DNA from: Asterionella formosa
Lineage: Eukaryota
DNA: 38,109 nucleotides
Assembly (NCBI GenBank): GCA_002256025.1
Contig: NKIB01015127.1
Span: forward strand, 1 to 38,109
Reading direction: 5' to 3'
Position numbers and translations under genes: made by a program. Below, piece after piece: positions 30,966-38,109 of this stretch (the stretch's first letter is position 1; every line of letters begins with the position of its first letter). The notes below the pieces were generated by a model. It had not been told where the DNA came from, did no database searches, and saw only the letters and a program-made list of their open reading frames with translations.

Positions 30966-32033
30966 CTACGCTTTGACATTGAAGTGGTGGACCAAAATGC
31001 GATTTGGTGGAATTGATGCAGGCTTGCCATTCACGATAGCCTTGGTCTGAGCGAACTTGTCACCATTCGTCTGTTCCGTCTCGTTGTCTTCGATGCCATT
31101 GTTGTGCCCCCAGTAGTCAGCTGCATCCAAGGCCACCATACATGATTCGCGAACCACAATATTGCTGTCTTTTGTGAATTCCTCCAGAATTCGTTCGCAA
31201 TCGCCCCATCGTCCTTCTATGGCGCCAAGCGCTTCGGCGCTCTCGTGTCGGACCATCTCGTGCTCATCTTGCCGCCTCAAACTTTCTTCAAGCGCTTCTA
31301 CCGAATCGGGGTGCTGCATTTGACCTAGTACATATGCCACTTCATGTCGCAATAACGGCGATGACGTATCGTTTGTCAAGGCTCGGCAAAGTTGTTGCAC
31401 GCAGTCGACGCCTCCTCTATTCCTCAAACTAAACATGGCCCGGTATCGCTCGAACATTTGTTCCTGTGAATCGCAAAGTATATCCCCGAGTTCCTCCGGT
31501 GTCTTGCTTATGTGAGCAGGGTGGGGAGGGGCAGGATCAACTGTCGAATATGGGTTCATCATGCAAGCGCAAGCAGCAGGCGTTTTCTCAGGATCTCCAC
31601 CGGTTGCTCGCCATGCCATCACATTAAGGGCCAATCGACATGTATCAGAAAGCTCTGGTTGATCCGGATATTTTTCCATGACAGCAGTTAAAGCTCCTTC
31701 GGACCGCTCGGCTCCAATGGCTCCCAAAGCTTCTGCTGCTTCGTGCCGGACCATAATGCAATCAGCATCGCTCTGCAAAACGCTTTCTAGGACAGGACAA
31801 CACCCCTCATCTCGTAGCTGACCCATAACATATGCAAATTCATGTCTCATCAGGGATCCGTGTCGTTTATCTCGAAGGCCGTTGGCCAACGTGTCGATGA
31901 TGATGTGCTGATCAGCAGCATGCGTTTCGTGGAGGTGTCGTAGAAAGTACGCTGCCCTCATGCGCATACCAATAGGAAGTGAAGGATCTGCTATGCATTC
32001 TTGTAACGACGCTAGTGGTGGAGTTTCCCACAT
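30966..32033 (-). CDS. DOHH: Deoxyhypusine hydroxylase
   Basis: HEAT-like repeats carry four His-Glu motifs (RHEFAYVMGQ, RHEAAEALGA, RHEVAYVLGQ, RHESAEALGA). The linker YSTVDPAPP and RYRAMFSLRN are also present. Confidence 0.96.
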   Translation of the reverse strand: MWETPPLASLQECIADPSLPIGMRMRAAYFLRHLHETHAADQHIIIDTLANGLRDKRHGSLMRHEFAYVMGQLRDEGCCPVLESVLQSDADCIMVRHEAAEALGAIGAERSEGALTAVMEKYPDQPELSDTCRLALNVMAWRATGGDPEKTPAACACMMNPYSTVDPAPPHPAHISKTPEELGDILCDSQEQMFERYRAMFSLRNRGGVDCVQQLCRALTNDTSSPLLRHEVAYVLGQMQHPDSVEALEESLRRQDEHEMVRHESAEALGAIEGRWGDCERILEEFTKDSNIVVRESCMVALDAADYWGHNNGIEDNETEQTNGDKFAQTKAIVNGKPASIPPNRILVHHFNVKA

Positions 32034-32643
32034 TGTTGCCTCTTGGGTCGAAATGACGAGACTTGCTTTAAAAACGCAGCAGTTGTACTTTTTACAACTC
32101 CTACACTCAGCTTAGCGATGCGACTGCCAGCAAGTTGTTGCGGTAATTTTGCCCAACTGAAGCTTTAGCCATCTTTATCCCAGATCAAATTGTTTATTTA
32201 AGCAAAATGATCGCAACTTGCAGGTACCAATAAGTACATATTGCTTACGACATCATTTATAAGTCCTGAGTAGACTAATACAATACCGGGCGGTACAATA
32301 CGATACTTAAGTTACCTATTATCTAGTCGTTTTGTAGGAGACGAGGGAAACAGAGGATGTGCACGGAGCACGAATTGAAACCACGAGGAACAAACAGTAG
32401 CGGTATGTTAACGTGAGCTCATCTACGTAGTTATGACTCGGAGTCAAACGAGTCAAACGATTCGAATGAGTCATCTTTGATGTACCAAGCTCTCATCAAC
32501 CACATGTATACCTTGTTACTTACTCCGCCTATAATGAGCCGGACGATATAAGCTATTTCGGAAGACCGATAGTTTGAAAATGAATGATCATGGTTAAAAA
32601 CCTATGATCAGTAAGTGTGAGATAGACATGGGTCTATCTATGA

Positions 32644-32664
32644 TTGTTTGTTTGTTTGTTTGTT
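32644..32664. repeat. (TTGT)5 microsatellite
   Basis: TTGTTTGTTTGTTTGTTTGTT read directly. Confidence 0.9.
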
Positions 32665-33392
32665 CAAACAGAACAACCTAAAACTAGATTAGTAAACTCA
32701 CAAAAAGAATATAGAAACGGAAAGAGAAACGAACGTCTCTATCTATAGTCTTCTTTATCTGAAGATATAGATCTATCAGAAAGGTAATACTTTCACAGTG
32801 GTACTGCACCACATAAAAGAAACAAAATTCAGGGTGAGGCCGGCCGAGTTTGCAACCATGAGAGCTAATTCTGTCTATAGCCAAAAATGATGATGAAGTG
32901 CGTTTGATGGTTGGCAAATGATATGAAACCACACAAGAGAAGTTCATGAAAGAGTCATTCAGCCAATGAACAACATTAAAAAAGGTTTCAAGGCAGAAAG
33001 ATCAGCCACATTTCTTCCAATCAGCTTTCAACAAAGTAAAAACCATGGAACTCAAAGCCTTGCAAAATTTATAGCCTATAGATAAAATTCACCCCCAACT
33101 CCAAGTAATGCAAAATTACATTCCATAGATAAATTTCACCCACCCTTTAGTCCCACCCCATGGCTAAATTGCAAACTCTAATCCAGCTAAGGGGACCCAG
33201 AGGAAGGGAATTAATCATGCTACATAGAACCAAAATCGAAAAATCAACTTTAAGTTCAAAGATTGGTTGGTGTACAAAAAACCAAACCAAGAAATCAAAT
33301 AAGAAGCGAGCAAAAATGTTTGCAGCCAAGACAGTCAAACAACTTGGTAATTAAGTCATAGTAACTTTGACTGATCGATGTTCTACCAGGTA

Positions 33393-33874
33393 CTCCCTCT
33401 GGGCGAAAATAGTTTTGGACACTCACATGTATGTAACACATTTAAAAAACACATGTTTCGAGTAAGCCGATCCTCAGATAGAAAAATAGGATATTTTCTA
33501 TGTAATCCGTCCTAAAACTACACTACTTGGCACTTCCCTGTTGGGCGTTTAAGGTTGCGGCCCCGCAGTTACACATTGCGAGGTCCTTTTTTCCAAAAAT
33601 AATTTTATGATGTACTTCAATCTACGCTGTATGTACAACTAAATAAAATAGTTAAAGGAAAAATTAGCTTTCACCAATACAACCACTTTGCATATGCTTA
33701 TTACAGTCATTGCTCGACTTCGGGGTATGATCTATATTCAGATTTGGTAAGGACCTCATATCTGGAGAGAAGTGGCATTTATCCCCCTAGGAATCGAACT
33801 ATCCCAAAAAAGGGGCTACGAAGCTTTTAAGAAATCTACGGGGCGCAACTGCCTCTATTTTCGCCTAAAGGGAG
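33393..33874. mobile_element. Stowaway-like (Tc1/mariner) MITE, 482 bp, TA target duplication
   Basis: TA|CTCCCTCTGGGCGAAAATAG ... CTATTTTCGCCTAAAGGGAG|TA gives 20-bp TIRs with 2 mismatches and CTCCCT termini. There is no coding capacity. Confidence 0.88.
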
Positions 33875-34619
33875 TATCAGATACCAGGTAGAGTAGACAT
33901 ACAGAGGGCGTAAAATAGCTATAGGTGGCAAAAATGTTTTGCATTCACCAAATGCAATGTGACTACTGGGTACAGTATGGTACCTGTTACTTATCTAAAT
34001 ACTATATACAGGAGCTCAAATTATAGTATCAGTCTAAGTTTGGCAGACTACTGGTACAGTACCTGGAACTGAGTAGAGTACCAGTACCAGGTAATGGTCC
34101 AAGTGTGTACTCAGCATATTTGGTATCTGGCGAAGTAGCTAAAAGACTACAGGTATCTAGATAGAAAGGTTTCGTTTTGCATATAGTATAGGAGCTTATA
34201 CTTTATGCAGTTCACCTACCGGTATCTGGATTACCAAAACCTGACAATGTAACAATATTAGCTGCTGGGCAACTGACATTTTGCCCAAACAAAATCTTTT
34301 GAACTTCATAAAGCAAATTATTGCTGGTCAAGCTAAACGAATCTGTTTGTGCCTTCATAATGCACAGTTGAGGGGAAGGGGGAAGTTCAAACATGTGGGA
34401 TTCGAGATTGTTGCATGAAACAGCGTTTTCCTTCTAGCGAACGAAAATCTCCTGGTGATCAATGCCATATTAGTTGCCGTGAGTACTCCCAGGATCTCCA
34501 AAAACATCATTCTAGCTTGCAGTTCTCCGCGGTGAACGGAACTGCATGATGCTCATCTCCTTGAGTTTCACCCTGCCTCAAAAGTATAGTTTCGTTGATC
34601 ATTTTTTATCCACAAATAC

Positions 34620-35510
34620 TTAAGGTGTTTTGTTCTCATCATCGGATTCAGCAAATTCATCGGAGCCAGGACTTTGTGTGGCCAGTCTCCGAATGGTTAT
34701 TCGAATTAAATCCACGTCTATATCAACCGATTTTTTCGTATGAAATTCATACATGTTAGGAACATCAAACTTCATTTCAGCAATCACCTGAACCTCATGG
34801 CCCCAGGATTCAATTGTCTTGACTAGGTAGTCTCGTGTCGAAGTTTTGTGAAAGGAATATACGGCCTGACTGGCCAATCGAGTGGCGGTCTTCAAGAAAC
34901 GAACGTCCATACCTGCATTCTGTTTTGTCCCGAATGGAGGATTTGTAACGACAGTATCGACGCAGTTATCTCGAAGGGGAATGCCATCATCGTCGTCGAG
35001 AATTAATGCTGCTTTCGGGGCTTGTATCTTTCGGGATCGACCTCGTCCACCTCGACCTCCTTTTGGTTTCGGGTGTTCTCTGGAAGGTTGACTGGAGATT
35101 TTTACTTTTGCCAAGATAAAGTCTACTCGATCTTCTAACTCAAGCTCTTCTGAGTTACTTCTAGCCACGGCGATCGCATCTCTGTCACAATCAACACCGA
35201 TAACAAAATCGCACTCTACAACTGCGCAACCCATCGTCAACATACCTGTTCCACATCCCAAATCAAGAGCGGTTCTTCCTTCTCCTAAATCACCATAGTC
35301 CCGAGCGGTAGCAACGACACAAGCTGTTAGGCTGGCCGAAGTTGGATATTGCTCCAGTGTTATCTATAGTTTGGCCGATTAGGAGATGACGTGACAAGTC
35401 AGAAGACAGAAAGAAATGATAGGAAAGCGTTTCTTCGGTGCTCTTACCTGTGGATCTGGAAATTCGCGACACAGAGATGATAGACAAGATTCAATCTGTT
35501 TGAGTTTCAT
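34620..35510 (-). CDS. METTL5: METTL5-like 18S rRNA N6-adenosine methyltransferase; exons 35510-35448 and 35363-34620 (268 aa)
   Basis: MKLKQIESCLS...FPDPQ|ITLEQYPT, DLGCGTGML, DTVVTNPPFGTK, GMDVRFL, VYSFHKTSTR and MYEFHTKKSVDIDVD are present. There is an 84-nt GTAAGA...TAG intron (35447-35364). Confidence 0.94.
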
Positions 35511-35574
35511 GATGTGTCAAAGAGCTATGAATTACTTTGATATACCAGTTTTGTGACGGAATGAAATGGTTGCC

Positions 35575-35672
35575 AGCAATTCCCGCTCCATCAGCGATCG
35601 TCTTGCCATTCCGGTAATTCTAAGTAGTTTTGAGGCTCTAAGTAATTTCGTAACTAATTTTTATTAGGGGCA
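35575..35672. repeat. Terminus module of the dispersed repeat family
   Basis: ATTCCCGCTCCA..GC.ATCGTCTTGCCATTC.GGTA.TTCTAAGTA.TTTT...GCTCTAAGTAATTTC.TAA.TAATTTTT..GGGGCAATA is shared with 18226-18323. Confidence 0.9.
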
Positions 35673-36024
35673 ATAATCGAAGGAAAAAATACCCTAAAAA
35701 AGAAAATAGAAACCCTGAACCCTATTGAGATCTGTATCGTATTATAGTGTAGCTGATATAATTGTTGGAACCATGTAAACAGCTGTCTCCTGATTGTAGA
35801 AGGCAGGTACCGGTGCTAGTAGTAGCAGTCTGGGCCTTCCTGGCTGGGGGCGCCATTCGTATGGTCAACCTATTTGTACCACCCAGCCTCGAACACATGT
35901 ACACTTCATTGTCCTGGACCCCCCTATGGTTGCTGGACCCCCCTCTACATTTTTCTCGAGGTGGAACCAAAAACCAAATAATTTTCTTGTCATAGACAAT
36001 GTAGCGTACTATAATTCTTTCGGT

Positions 36025-36330
36025 CCTCGTAGGCACTAGAATATAATAATTTGTCGCCATTCTTTTGTGCATACAAAACACAAGAGAAGGCAGGGAGTGG
36101 CTGTGAGCAACTGGAGAATCCTGAATCATGTTGTCGCAACCTTGACCATGACGAAAATACGAATTATCTCCACGAAAATAGAGAGCGACGCTTTGCTACT
36201 TGCTACCACCTGTATTAAGAACGACATTTTAAAAAATCGTAAAAGAAGTAAAGAAATAAAACTAATAATGACAACACAAATTTAGATCGCCAATAACAAC
36301 ATGAAGACGCGTTTTTCTTGCGAGGTGAAG
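36025..36330. repeat. Internal segment of the dispersed repeat family
   Basis: Aligns with 3530-3830 and, from 36140, with 18487 onward. Confidence 0.75.
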
Positions 36331-36525
36331 AACTCTCTCATTTTTCAAATAATAGTCATATTAATAGGTCTTAGAAAAATCTGCGCTATCCTGTAGAACT
36401 AATGATATTAACTTAGGTTTAGTATTTGGGAAATCTCTTCATTGTCCTGGACCAGCTTAAGTAAAATCAGTCGAATTCAGTCACGGCAGTGTACATTGGG
36501 GGGGGGGGTCCTGTATACAGGTATA

Positions 36526-36660
36526 CATCCCCACCCTAGCTATTGCCTTGCTTTCGTTGAGAATCGGTTTTTATATAGTAATTTTAGGTATCTCTAAAAA
36601 ATATTTTTAAAAGGGCAATATGGGGGCACATTTGATCTTTCGACAGTCCAATTTTAGGTT
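36526..36660. repeat. More decayed third copy of the terminus module
   Basis: CATCCCCACCCTAGCTATTGCCTTGCTTTCG compares with CATTCCCGCTCCAGCTATCGTCTTGCCATTCG (18229). GGGCAATATGGGG(G)CACAT and ATTTTAGG are shared with 18316-18367. Confidence 0.7.
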
Positions 36661-37848
36661 TGAGAAGGGACCATTGAGCAACATCAGGAGTCGAATTTTC
36701 ATATTTAGGAAAGTTTAGATATCAATATCAAATCAAAAATGCATGATGGTATGCACCAAAATTGAAGGTGACTGTATGCATTAAAATGATCACACAATAA
36801 TGATTGTAATATCATCGAAAAATTCGACATGATGCTTTTAAGCAACCAAAGTATGAAACTTAAAACGAAAGAATGTAAGATGTGGTAGCTATTTTCCGGC
36901 AGGAAGAGGAGGATGGCTTGGTATACATATTTCAGTTGAAAGAGAGTCAGATCCAGAATCAGTGTCATTGAAATTGTCATCTTCACTCCACAATACAAAA
37001 GGAAGTGACAAATTATGGTTTTCAATTTGACTTCAACTGTACTATCAATGAATGGCGGCTTTCTAATGCATAGTATGAATGAAATGATATGGGATGGGAT
37101 TAAAACTGACTGTTGAAATTTGATTGTGGAAACAAAAACGACAATAAATTTTTGACTTAGCTTTGCTCATCTCCAGTCAGCAAACGAGTTCGACCAGTGA
37201 AAGCGATTTGTTGGCAGCATCAGGAAGAGGAAGAGGAAGAGGAGTAGTATCAGTAGCATGACGGGGTGCTTTCTTCAAAGGTCTAAGGGGAAAGAAATTT
37301 CTACTACTATAATTAGTAAGATCAAGAATTGAGTGAACAACTCAAACATGACAACAATAATCAACAAGCACATACATGTCCTATCTTTCTTTTGAAATAA
37401 GAGTTAATGTAGACCCCCAGTTCTCCTCGTGTTCCTTGGTCCATAACACTTTTTGCATAATGAGTTAGTCGGGCGAACTCGGGACTACTTTCTTGACTAA
37501 ATTTGTAGCAAATCAATATTAATTTCTATCAATGATAGAAACTTTTCCTAACTAAATTTTTAATGACTCTTTTTACTTAGTATATTGAAAATCAAAAAAT
37601 AAAGATAAATTTGTACTACTGTACATTTTGTCAAGAAATCGGATGCATAATGTATCAGATGTACTTCCGTTTCCGACATGGAACACATCATACATACAAC
37701 AAGCCTTGTATATACTTTGCACATTCCGTATATATAGCGTTACATATTATATATGCTTTGCATACATACTACTGGTACTACCAGTACTTGCATGTGTGTT
37801 TGTACAGCTGCCTGTCGTGGTATGGGGTCAATGAGACAGTAACTCCCT

Positions 37849-38109
37849 CTTGACCATGACGAAGTTATGGATTTGAATATCTTCACGAATATTGACAATG
37901 AACAATTCCTATTTCGCACGTGTATGTATACTAACTAACAAAGACGAGATTATCGTTCAACAATAAATTTTTTTGCAATAGTATTGACAACAAAAAGTTG
38001 AAATCGCCGGTGGACGTTGTTTTTGGTCGTCATTTGCTCAGCTTTGAAGATATGACCAAAAGCGAGACACTTTTGAGTCCGTGGTGATTAGCTTGATACC
38101 TTTGACTAG
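37849..38109. repeat. Internal segment of the dispersed repeat family, running off the window end
   Basis: Colinear with 18487-18740: CTTGA.CATGACGAA, CAATGAAC, TTTCGCAC, TTGACAACAAAAA.TTGAAAT.GCCG, CGAGACA, GGTGA.TAGCTTGATA. Confidence 0.9.

Noticed and set aside
33790..33799. Perfect B box GTTCGATTCC on the minus strand inside the MITE
   Set aside because: There is no credible A box or cloverleaf, and a T-run lies just upstream. It is probably chance.
8310..35510. Functional cluster of RNA-metabolism genes (RRP46, PCIF1-like, DOHH, METTL5, tRNAs)
   Set aside because: These are ordinary eukaryotic housekeeping genes separated by kilobases of TE debris, with no evidence of co-regulation beyond the shared repeat reported above.

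Overview
This is a eukaryotic genomic window, most likely from a diatom or other stramenopile. That call rests on short GT-AG introns, a diatom-type Ty1/copia element, a CryptonS-like recombinase and intron-containing tRNAs. Gene islands alternate with AT-rich, transposon-derived intergenic DNA. Host genes are two intron-containing tRNA-Phe(GAA) genes, exosome subunit RRP46, an ADA3-like protein, an Hrq1-type helicase (1 intron), a 1506-aa MATH-ankyrin-coiled-coil-PCIF1-like protein, a plasma-membrane-type syntaxin (3 introns), DOHH and METTL5 (1 intron). Mobile DNA comprises a decayed copia pol with its 3' LTR, a decayed piggyBac-like transposase, a decayed CryptonS-like tyrosine recombinase, a Stowaway-like MITE and an unclassified dispersed repeat family. 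The most interesting signal is a family of short elements with tRNA-like Pol III heads (putative SINEs). There are three copies plus one head fragment, with target-site duplications, a hairpin shared by two copies and nested insertion into other transposons. All family assignments come from recognising motifs by eye; no searches were run.
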